The notes beneath the pieces are model-generated. The model made no database searches and had not been told where the DNA came from. It saw only the letters and a program-made list of their open reading frames with translations. This document shows, in pieces, positions 23,574-34,219 of a stretch of 64,000 bases of DNA. Source of the stretch: Macrostomum lignano (Eukaryota); assembly GCA_002269645.1 (NCBI GenBank), contig NIVC01000337.1, positions 434,001-498,000 on the forward strand, given 5' to 3'. Made by a program: the position numbers and the translations under genes. Every line of letters begins with the position of its first letter. The stretch's first letter is position 1.

Positions 23574-26500
23574 ACGAGCCTGCTATGAGTCTCACGTACC
23601 TGGAAAAAGTTCGATAGGCCACCGGGCTCGGGCTGACGGTCACGCGGCGTCGTTTTGGAATCGGCGAGCTGTCATCGCGGCGACGATCGCGCGGACTTCG
23701 AGGACTCCGAGGACTGCGCGGACAGCGGCGGCCGCGGTGACGACTGCGGCTGCGACTGCGGCTTCTACCAGCATCGGCCTTGTCGCTTCTGCCTCGACGT
23801 TTGCTGCCGTCATCGGCATTACGGGATCTACCGGAGTGCCGTCTGGACGACGATCGGGACCGGGACCGGGACCGGCGCTGCCGACTGCCGCTGTTTCCAT
23901 AGTAACGACAGTCCCGAACTGGGCGCCTCGAGCTGCGCGATCGGCCGCCGCGGTCAACAGCAGCAGCCTGGCCGTCGCGGCCGTCAGCGGATGGAATTTG
24001 GTGCGCCAGCTGCGCCGAGCGGAACTCGGCCTCGGTGAGCGGCTGGCCGCCCGTCGGGCCAGCTGAGTAGATCGGCGCGCCCTGATGGGGTAGCGGGTAG
24101 GCCAGGCCGGGCTGGCAGTAGTATCCCAGCTGCTGGTAGGCAGCAGCGTACGCCAACTGGGCCTGCTGGTAATACTGCACGGCGTAGTCGGCCGCTGTGA
24201 AATACCCGCCATTGGCCGCCTGCCATGCGTAGCACTGCGCCGTCTGCTGCTCGTCCATCGACGCTGGTGGCGGCGGCGGCGTTGGGCCTTTGGACTCGGT
24301 CGGAGACGACGGCACTGTGGAGTCTGCGACGGTCGACTGGTTGCGCTGAGGGGGTGGGGTGGGTGGACCGAAGAGTCAGCCACCTTATGGGGTGTTGTGC
24401 AACCCTTCAGGCTGTTGTGCAACCCTTCAGGCTGTTGTGTAACACTTCAGGCTGTTGTGTAACCCTTCAGGCTGTTGTGCAACCCTTCAGGCTGTTGTGT
24501 AACCCTTCAGGCTGTTGTGTAACGCTTCAGGCTGTTGTGCACCCTTCAGGTGGAAGTTTAACCCTTCAGGCTACTGTGTAACACTTTAGGTGACATTTCA
24601 GATTGTGCAACCCTCAGGCCGTTCTGTGACCCCTTCAGATGGTTTTTGAACACTTTAGACTGTTGTGTAACACTTTAGATTGTTGTGTAACCCTTCACAA
24701 TGTTTTCTAACTCTTCAGGCTGTTTAAAACCTTCAGGTTGTATAATTTATAGAAATCTTTTTGGACTGTTGGCAAACAGCAAGCGCACTACTCTACTGTA
24801 AGTAGAAAGGCGAACCTGATTGTCAGCAATGAACCTGGCGACCGCTTCGCCCAGATTCCGATTCGGCACTAGGCAGTCAACGTCGGCCACTTTGTCCCGA
24901 CAGGCCGGGCAGCGGTGCAGGCTGGGGCTGCCGGCCTCAAATAGGGCGGCGTGGAGGCAGCGCTTGCAGGCGGTGGCGCCGCAGCAGATGAGGATGTGCG
25001 GCTCCTGCATCAGCTGGCGGCACAGGAGGCAGCGCATGGCGCTCGGCACCGATTGGTCGGAGTCCGCGCGGCACTCAGCGGCCCTCGAGCCGTCGGCAGC
25101 GTCAGCGGCGGCGACGACAACGACGGTAGACTGCGCAGGCGGCGACTGGGTAGCGGCGACTATCCCGGCGTCGGGAGACTGCGAGTCGCTATCGACTTCT
25201 TGGTCGGCTCGGCGGGACCGGGGATTTTCCTCGGCGCTGAACGGCCGCTTCTCCTTCTTGCCCTGCGCCTTCGCCTCGCTTCACGGGTGGGGGCGGGGTG
25301 CAGACTGCAGCGGACACTGGGAGTCTCACACCTGGACAGGGGGTGGGGTTGGCCCACTGGGAGTCCCACACAGAGACAGGGGGTGGGGTTGGCCCACTGG
25401 GAGTCCCACACCGGGACAGGGGGTGCGGTTGGCCAATCGGCGGACACTGGGAGTCCCACACAGGGACAGGGGGTGGGGTTGGACAATCGGTGGACACTGA
25501 GAGTCCCACACAGGGACAGGGGGTGGGGTTGGCCGATTGAAGGACACTGGGAGTCCCACACAGGGACAGGGGTTGGGGTTGGACAATCGGTGGACACTGA
25601 GAGTCCCACACCTGGACAGGGGGTGGGGTTGGCCAATCGGCGGGCACTGAGAGTCCCACACAGGGACAGGGGGTGGGGTTGGCCAATCGGCGGACACTGG
25701 GAGTCCCACACAGGGACAGGGGGTGGGGTTGGCCAATCGGCGGACACTGGGAGTCCCACACAGGGACAGGGGGTGGGGTTGGCCAATCGGCGGGCACTGG
25801 GAGTCCCACACAGGGACAGGGGGTGGGGTTGGCCAATCGGCGGGCACTGGGAGTCCCACACAGGGACAGGGGTGGGGTTGGCCAATCGGCGGACACTGGG
25901 AGTCCCACACCGGGACAGGGGGTGGGGTTGGCCAATCGGCGGGCACTGGGAGTCCCACACAGGGACAGGGGTGGGGTTGGCCAATCGGCGGACACTGGGA
26001 GTCCCACACCGGGACAGGGGGTGGGGTTGGCCAATCGGCGGACACGGAGAGTCCCACACAGGGACAGGGGGTGGGGTTGGCCAATCGGCGGACACTATGA
26101 GTCCCACACCGGGACAATGGGACAGACCAGCCCAAAAAGCAAGCCGGCCACTCACGCGTCCATCTTGGGCACGGCGTATCGGCCGTCCTTCATCAGGTAG
26201 GCGCCGTCCACTTTGGTAGGCAGGATCTGCAGGAAGTCGCTGGGGATGCCGCTCGGCCGCTGCACTCTGGCCGGGTCCAGTCGATTGCCGGAGCAGTCGG
26301 TGAGGCCCGGACACTGGCGGGCCCAGTGCTGGCCGGACACGCGGCACCGGTTGCAGGTGTAGCCGGCGGGCGGCGGACCGTCCGGTCGGGGCTGCTGGCT
26401 GCGGAAGCTGCGGCGGGGCGAGGATGAAGGAAGAATATGAGAGATTTAATCGCTGTAGGAACTGCTCAGATGGACTCATGAGAATTGTTAGATTCCAGTG

Positions 26501-29500
26501 CCATAGGGTATCCCTCAGATGCCAGTGTCATGGGGAACCCCTCAGATGCCTGTGTCATGGGGAACCCCTCAGATGCCAGTGTCATGGGGAATCCCTCAGA
26601 TGCCTGTGTCATGGGGAATCCCTCAGATGCCTGTGTCATGGGGAATCCCTCAGATGCCAGTGTCATGGGGAATCCCTCAGATGCCAGTGTCATGGGGAAT
26701 CCCTCAGATGCCAGTGTCATTAGGTATCCCTCAGATTCCAGTGTCATGGGGAATCCCTCAGATTCCAGTGTCATGGGGAATCCCTCAGATTCCAGTGTCA
26801 TGGGGAATCCCTCAGATGCCTGTGTCATGGGGAATCCCTCAGATGCCTGTGTCATGGGGAATCCCTCAGATGCCTGTGTCATGGGGAACCCCTCAGATGC
26901 CAGTGTCATGGGGAATCCCTCAGATGCCAGTGTCATGGGGAATCCCTCAGATGCCAGTGTCATTAGGTATCCCTCAGATTCCAGTGTCATGGCGAATCCC
27001 TCAGATGCCAGTGTCATGGCGAATCCCTCAGATGCCTGTGTCATGGGGAATCCCTCAGATGCCAGTGTCATGGGGAATCCCTCAGATGCCAGTGTCATGG
27101 GGAATCCCTCAGATGCCTGTGTCATGGGGAACCCCTCAGATGCCAGTGTCATGGGGAATCCCTCAGATGCCAGTGTCATGGGGAATCCCTCAGATGCCAG
27201 TGTCATGGGGAATCCCTCAGATGCCAGTGTCATGGGGAATCCCTCAGATTCCAGTGTCATGGGGAATCCCTCAGATGCCTGTGTCATGGGGAATCCCTCA
27301 GATGCCTGTGTCATGGGGAATCCCTCAGATTCCAGTGTCATGGGGAATCCCTCAGATGCCTGTGTCATGGGGAATCCCTCAGATGCCTGTGTCATGGGGA
27401 ATCCCTCAGATGCCTGTGTCATGGGGAACCCCTCAGATGCCAGTGTCATGGGGAATCCCTCAGATGCCAGTGTCATGGGGAATCCCTCAGATGCCAGTGT
27501 CATGGGGAATCCCTCAGATGCCAGTGTCATGGGGAATCCCTCAGATTCCAGTGTCATAGGGAATCCCTCAGATGCCAGTGTCATGGGGAATCCCTCAGAT
27601 GCCAGTGTCATGGGGAATCCCTCAGATGACAAGTGTCATCAGATGAGAAACTTTGGTCTTTTAAATGTCAGAAAAAAACATGCATAGATATTGATTAAAA
27701 TTTAAACTGGAAACAGAAAGTGACAAGCAAAAACTCACCGAACTGAGTCGTACTTCTGCGTTGACTGTCGAATAATGAAATCGAGTTTCTCATCCTCCGT
27801 GAGGCCCTCCATCATGGCGAGCTCCTCCTCTTGTTGCTGCTTGGTTTCGTGAAATGGCTGAAAAATGGCGTAATAGAGTGGCAATAAGGAAAAGTTCATT
27901 TCCTAATCTCCAAAGAGTCACCGAGACTGCTGTCTATGGCTGTAACTTCACACTCGTCTTGATGAAAAGTTGAAAACGTGGAACCTAAGTGAAACCTACG
28001 TGGAACCTACGTGAAAACGATACCTATGTAAACACAGGTGAAATAGGAAAGAAGTGACTCTAGAGACGACTCTAAAACGAGATGTCACGGTACAAGTCGT
28101 AAAAAAAGCCGTCAAAAAGTCGTCAGAGAATCGATTGCAAGCGACTCTGGGGCCGTAGAGTCCTACCTGAGACATGCTGGAGTTGCTGTAGAATCACTGA
28201 GTTGCGTCTGAAGCGCATCCAACACAACACAGCCGTCCAACACAACGACTGTTGGACGGCTTTTTCGCGACTCTTTTACGATTCTGCAACTCACGTGACG
28301 CGCTCGCGACTTAACAGTCGCCTCTCCGTAGCGTTACAGTCGGTTGAGTCGTTTAAAAGTCACTAGTGAGCTGCTTTCAATGACTATTTAGCGATTCTTG
28401 TCCCGGGCATGAGAGCCAATCCCCAAAGATGATATAAATGAGCTTGGATTGCTTTGCATTCTCTGTTGAGTCTCGTCCTACTTACTGCAAAGCTACCGGA
28501 TTGGTAAACGTACAAGATAAAAAAGATTTGAAACTAAAATCTGCATCTTTGACTTGAAAATTTGGAGATTCCTTTACCGAATAATGATTCGGTAAAGGAA
28601 CTGAAGCAATGGCTTCTTCTTCTTCAATTTACTCACGCATCAATCATATCATGCATCCCAAGATATCCCAATGGGCTAATCACTCATATTGGCCCGTTTG
28701 TGTGTAAATTTTTGCTCAAATCTAATGAACAAATACAGAGTTTGAGGAGTGTCTAAAACCTTTTGACTGTGCCAAGGTAGAAATTCAAAAATATAGTACA
28801 CCCTGTATGCCCAAAACCCTCCTATTATTGTTATTATTATTATTATTATGAAACGTTAAGCCCTTGTTCCAGGACACCCGTTGCATCTGGGAGAGACATA
28901 AGGGGCAGAGAAATGGGATTATTTTCAGAAGTCCTTGACGCGGGCGCCACTATAAACAGTGCCTCTGTCTGGTCCGTCTGTCTGGGGTTGATCTGCCCTC
29001 TCCTTTGAGCCAGCAACAGGATCAAACTGGCTGCAGCCAAAACAACAGAAGCCATTTATACGAGCGTAATAGAGATTGGTGCGCGAGTACGAAGCGAAAG
29101 CAGTCGATGAAGCATGCGTTTTCTCTGTGCTAATAGACAGCTGTAATATCTGTGAGTGGTTTGTGAGTTCTGTAATGTCTGTGGGTGGTTTGTGAGTTCT
29201 GTAATGTCTGTGGGTGGTTTGTGAGTTCTGTAATGTCTGTGGGTGGTTTGTGAGTTCTGTAATGTCTGTGGGTGGTTTGTGAGTTCTGTAATGTCTGTGG
29301 GTGGTTTGTGAGTTCTGTAATGTCTGTGGGTGGTTTGTGAGTTCTGTAATGTCTGTGGGTGGTTTGTGAGTTCTGTAATGTCTGTGGGTGGTTTGTGAAT
29401 TCTGTAATGTCTGTGGGTGGTTTGTGAGTTCTGTAATGTCTGTGGGTGGTTTGTGAATTCTGTAATGTCTGTGGGTGGTTTGTGAGTTCTGTAATGTCTG

Positions 29501-31240
29501 TGGGTGGTTTGTGAATTCTGTAATGTCTGTGGGTGGTTTGTGAGTTCTGTAATGTCTGTGGGTGGTTTGTGAATTCTGTAATGTCTGTGGGTGGTTTGTG
29601 AGTTCTGTAATGTCTGTGGGTGGTTTGTGAATTCTGTAATGTCTGCGGGTGTTTGTGAATTCTATAATTTACTAGATTAGGTCTGTGAATGGTTTGTGAG
29701 TTCTGTAATGTCTGTGGGTGGTTTGTGAGTTCTGTAATGTCTGTGGGTGGTTTGTGAGTTCTGTAATGTCTGTGGGTGGTTTGTGAGTTCTGTAATGTCT
29801 GCGGGTGTTTGTGAATTCTATAATTTACTAGATTAGGTCTGTGAATGGTTTGTGAGTTCTGTAATGTCTGTGGGTGGTTTGTGAGTTCTGTAATGTCTGT
29901 GGGTGGTTTGTGAGTTCTGTAATGTCTGTGGGTGGTTTGTGAGTTCTGTAATGTCTGTGGGTGGTTTGTGAATTCTGTAATGTCTGTGGGTGGTTTGTGA
30001 ATTCTGTAATGTCTGTGGGTGGTTTGTGAATTCTGTAATGTCTGTGGGTGGTTTGTGAATTCTGTAATGTCTGTGGGTGGTTTGTGAATTCTGTAATGTC
30101 TGTGGGTGGTTTGTGAATTCTGTAATGTCTGTGGGTGGTTTGTGAGTTCTTTAATGTCTGTGGGTGGTTTGTGAATTCTGTAATGTCTGTGGGTGGTTTG
30201 TGAATTCTGTAATGTCTGTGGGTGGTTTGTGAATTCTGTAATGTCTGTGGGTGGTTTGTGAGTTCTGTAATGTCTGTGGGTGGTTTGTGAGTTCTGTAAT
30301 GTCTGTAGGTGGTTTGTGAGTTCTGTAATGTCTGTGGGTGGTTTGTGAGTTCTGTAATGTCTGTGGGTGGTTTGTGAATTCTATAATTTACTAGATTAGG
30401 TCTGTGAATGGTTTGTGAGTTCTGTAATGTCTGCGGGTGGTTTGTGAATTCTATAATTTACTAGATTAGGTCTGTGAATGGTTTGTGAGTTCTGTAATGT
30501 CTGTGGGTGGTTTGTGAGTTCTGTAATGTCTGTGGGTGGTTTGTGAGTTCTGTAATGTCTGTGAATGGTTTGTGAGTTCTGTAATGTCTGTGGGTGGTTT
30601 GTGAGTTCTGTAATGTCTGTGGGTGGTTTGTGAATTCTGTAATGTCTGTGGGTGGTTAAATTCAAGTGCACAGCCTCATGCCTTACACTGGCCTCAGACT
30701 GATAGCATTTCTGCCTCTGCGGCGACTTTGATCTTTGTCGATGCTTTGAAGAGTACCGCCTCGAAGATCCCGGAGCTTCCAGTCTGGGCGTACGAGCGAC
30801 CAACACCTGGGTGAACTCCTGCAGTAGCTCGGCATCGCTGCTGTACACTGCAATGCAACCAAATACAGCTGTGGCTTGAGCTGCTGTACACTGCAATGTA
30901 ATCTACACCGATATTCTCAGCTGCAATTCCCCAGCCCGATATTCTCAGCTGCAATTCCCCAGCTCGATATTCTTGGCTGCAATTCCCCAGGCCGATATTC
31001 TTGGCTGCAATTCCCCAGCCCGAGCTCACCTTTGCCATCTTCGGCAGACAGCTGCAAGTCGTAGTCCGCACCTGTGAGTCCGCACTTGTCCCGAATGGCA
31101 GCCTTGAGATCTCGCACGCTCAGTGCGGAGCCGCTGATGCGCACGGCGTCCCAGCTCAGGCCGGACTTGAACCGATAGTAGATCACGGACACGCCGCCGG
31201 CGAGGGGTGCAGCAGCCGCAGACGGGGCGGCTCTCAGCAT
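23139..31240 (-). CDS. RBBP6: RBBP6/Mpe1/SNAMA-like protein (DWNN ubiquitin-like domain, Zn knuckle, RING, RS-rich region), ~775 aa. Exons 31240-31030, 30847-30687, 27857-27739, 26407-26156, 25278-24816, 24345-23600, 23514-23139
   Basis: DWNN: VIYYRFKS...SVRDLKAAI...DYDLQL and VYSSDAELL..FTQVLVARTP. Then EDEKLDFIIRQSTQKYD, knuckle PPPAGYTCNRC..HWARQCP, GIPSDFL..DGAYLMKDGRYAVPKMDA-EAKAQGKKEKRPF, RING CLLC..CCGATACKRC..CPAC. All introns are GT-AG with compatible phases; exons total 2328 nt. Confidence 0.93.
24390..24740. repeat. RBBP6 intron 5 minisatellite, 20 bp unit (AACCCTTCAGGCTGTTGTGY)
   Basis: Tandem copies, degenerating distally. Confidence 0.88.
25310..26115. repeat. RBBP6 intron 4 minisatellite, 50 bp G-rich unit (GGGAGTCCCACACAGGGACAGGGGGTGGGGTTGGCCAATCGGCGGACACT)
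   Basis: About 16 tandem copies. Confidence 0.95.
26498..27630. repeat. RBBP6 intron 3 minisatellite, 27 bp unit (CCCTCAGATGCCAGTGTCATGGGGAAT)
   Basis: About 42 copies; source of the 9-aa repeat ORFs. Confidence 0.97.
28033..28405. repeat. Dispersed repeat with a shorter related copy at ~47999-48185
   Basis: Shared segments CACAGGT.AA.TAGGAAAGAA.TGACTCT, ACGAGATGTCACGGTACAAGTCG and TTTAGCGAT. Confidence 0.55.
29150..30655. repeat. RBBP6 intron 2 minisatellite, 29 bp unit (GTGGGTGGTTTGTGAGTTCTGTAATGTCT)
   Basis: About 50 copies with a recurring interruption ATAATTTACTAGATTAGG. Confidence 0.97.
30910..31021. repeat. RBBP6 intron 1 minisatellite, 28 bp unit, 4 copies
   Basis: GATATTCT repeats at 30910, 30938, 30966 and 30994. 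Confidence 0.85.
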
Positions 31241-31446
31241 GGCTGCGACTGAAATTGAAACAGTTGGAATTATTGAGAAACAGAGTAGCGACGGTTGGTT
31301 ATAGGCGGTGGCATAGACAGCCAAAACCGACTACATGCATATAAAATGGACAGTTGAAGGTCGCTGAAATGGGGAGGGGCATTGGCCAGGATTGGCAGAC
31401 AAATCACGGGGACTGCAGGAAAAGCTGATTGGCTGGAAGCTAGAAG

Positions 31447-31447
<1 letters not shown>

Positions 31448-31509
<62 letters not shown>
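31448..31509. repeat. (CT)n microsatellite
   Basis: Pure dinucleotide run. Confidence 0.98.
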
Positions 31510-31514
<5 letters not shown>

Positions 31515-31779
31515 CCTCAATGGACAAAATAAGCTGCAGGCAAAGCTTTGTCAGAGATGTGTACCGCACCGCACCACTGCCATCTTGTGGGCCAACTGAC
31601 AAAATATACGATTTGAATATATTTACACGACTGACGATCAGGAAAAACACGTAGCACTAAAATATGCTTGCGTACTACTTACAGCAGTTTAAGAAAGATG
31701 AATTTTTGATACACAAACATTTAAAATTGAATTTAACATAAAACATCAAGTAGGGATTCCAATTTGGGATCAATTAGGG

Positions 31780-32570
31780 GTTCTGGCTTAGGATTATTAA
31801 GGGATTCCTGATTAGCATCAATTAGGGATTCCTGCTTGGGATCAATTAGGGATTCTTCTTTAGGATTAATTAGGGATTCCCGATTGGAATCAATTAGGGA
31901 TTCCTGATTATGATGAATTAGGGATTCATGATTAGGATAATTTAGGGATTCCTGATTAGGATAATTTAGGGATTCCTGATTAGGATCATTTAGGGATTCA
32001 TGATTAGGATAATTTAGGGATTCCTGATTAGGATAATTTAGGGATTCCTGATTAGGATCAATTAGGGATTCCTGATTAGGATAATTTAGGGATTCCTGAT
32101 TAGGATAATTTAGGGATTCCTGATTAGGATCAATTAGGGATTCCTGATTAGGATCAATTAGGGATTCCTGATTAGGATCATTTAGGGATTCATGATTAGG
32201 ATCAATTAGGGATTCCTGATTAGGATAATTTAGGGATTCCTGATTAGGATAATTTAGGGATTCCTGATTAGGATAATTTAGGGATTCCTGATTAGGATAA
32301 TTTAGGGATTCCTGATTAGGATAATTTAGGGATTCCTGATTAGGATAATTTAGGGATTCCTGATTAGGATAATTTAGGGATTCCTGATTAGGATAATTTA
32401 GGGATTCCTGATTAGGATAATTTAGGGATTCCTAATTAGGATAATTTAGGGATTCCTGATTAGGATCATTTAGGGATTCCTGATTAGGATAATTTAGGGA
32501 TTCCTGATTAGGATCATTTAGGGATTCCTGATTAGGATCATTTAGGGATTCCTGATTAGGATAAACTAGG
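31780..32570. repeat. Minisatellite, 24 bp unit (TTAGGGATTCCTGATTAGGATAAT)
   Basis: About 33 copies between the MBTPS1 3' end and the RBBP6 start. Confidence 0.95.
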
Positions 32571-33009
32571 CATTCCGATTTGAGAGAAAAAATTGATTCC
32601 GTGATAAATTCTAATTTTAAGGTTAATCTGTCAAAGCAAAAGTACAGAGCAGCAGGTTTGAATTAATTAATCAACAGAGAGTCTGGCTACATAAAGCAAT
32701 ATATCAGTTTACTTAGTGCTACCCCAAGCGTTCACAACATGATTCAGTGGGAGATAAACAAATGCCAGAGGATCGGGGCGGGTGGTTAAAAAAATCTGGA
32801 GCAACAGGAAACGACAAATGCCTATTGCTATTCTGCCAACTCAGTAAAACAGTCCCCGGTTTCCGGGGGGAAGTGATGGCTGGCGGAAGCCCCAGTCAGC
32901 ACATGCCTGTGCACGCATTTGCAGTGCCGCGTGTCGGATACGAGGTTAAAAATCCAATATTAATGGAATTCTGAGAATCAGCACGTATTCAGCATTTCCA
33001 ATTCCAGCT

Positions 33010-34140
33010 GTCAGATATCCCTATTCGAGATCCCATCTCCTCAATTCGAACTTTCAAATATCCCTATTCGAGATCCCATCTCCTCAATTCGAACTTTCAA
33101 ATATCCCTATTCGAAATCCCATCTCCTCAATTCGAACTTTCAAATATCCCTATTCGAGATCCCATTCCCAATTCGAACTTTCAAATATCCCTATTCGAGA
33201 TTCCATCTCCTCAATTCGAACTTTCAAATATCCCTATTCGAGATCCCATTCCCAATTCGAACTTTCAAATATCCCTATTCGAGATCCCATCTCCTCAATT
33301 CGAACTTTCAAATATCCCTATTCGAGATCCCATTCCCAATTCGAACTTTCAAATATCCCTATTCGAGATCCCATTCCCCATTCCAACTGTCAGATATCCC
33401 TATTCGAGATCCCATCTCCTCAATTCGAACTTTCAAATATCCCTATTCGAGATCCCATTCCCCATTCCAACTGTCAGATATCCCTATTCGAGATCCCATC
33501 TCCTCAATTCGAACTTTCAAATATCCCTATTCGAGATCCCATTCCCAATTCGAACTTTCAAATATCCCTATTCGAGATCCCATTCCCTATTCCAACTGTC
33601 AGATATCCCTATTCGAGATCCCATTCCCCATTCCAACTGTCAGATATCCCTATTCGAGATCCCATTCCCCATTCCAACTGTCAGATATCCCTATTCGAGA
33701 TCCCATTCCCCATTCCAACTGTCAGATATCCCTATTCGAGATCCCATTCCCCATTCCAACTGTCAGATATCCCTATTCGAGATCCCATTCCCCATTCCAA
33801 CTGTCAGATATCCCTATTCGAGATCCCATCTCCTCAATTCGAACTTTCAAATATCCCTATTCGAGATCCCATTCCCCATTCCAACTGTCAGATATCCCTA
33901 TTCGAGATCCCATCTCCTCAATTCGAACTTTCAAATATCCCTATTCGAGATCCCATTCCCCATTCCAACTGTCAGATATCCTTATTCGAGATCCCATCTC
34001 CTCAATTCGAACTTTCAAATATCCCTATTCGAGATCCCATTCCCCATTCCAACTGTCAGATATCCCTATTCGATATCCCATTCCCCATTCCAACTGTCAG
34101 ATATCCCTATTCGAGATCCCATTTCCCAATTCGAACTGTC
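33010..34140. repeat. Minisatellite with interspersed 41 and 43 bp unit types (ATATCCCTATTCGAGATCCCAT core)
   Basis: Tandem copies ending ~80 bp from the MBTPS1 stop. Confidence 0.95.
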
Positions 34141-34219
34141 AAATAACCACTTATGAAAAAATCCCCACTCAAAAGCAGAATCATCAGGTCAGTTATCCCA
34201 GTTGCAAAAGCCCGGCCGC

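Noticed and set aside
25160-26479. Overlapping long ORFs on both strands
   Set aside because: They run through the 50 bp intronic array; only the RBBP6 exon frames have homology support.
26466-27687. 388, 400 and 346 aa ORFs with 9-aa repeats
   Set aside because: A 27 bp array inside RBBP6 intron 3, bounded by well-supported splice sites.
28846-29055. 69 aa ORF with a signal-peptide-like start in RBBP6 intron 2, followed by a (TAA)n run
   Set aside because: Short, with no recognisable motif or splice support. It could be a retroelement tail, but I cannot support either reading.
31780-32570. Possible telomeric array
   Set aside because: TTAGGG is only part of a 24 bp unit; it is not a (TTAGGG)n tract.
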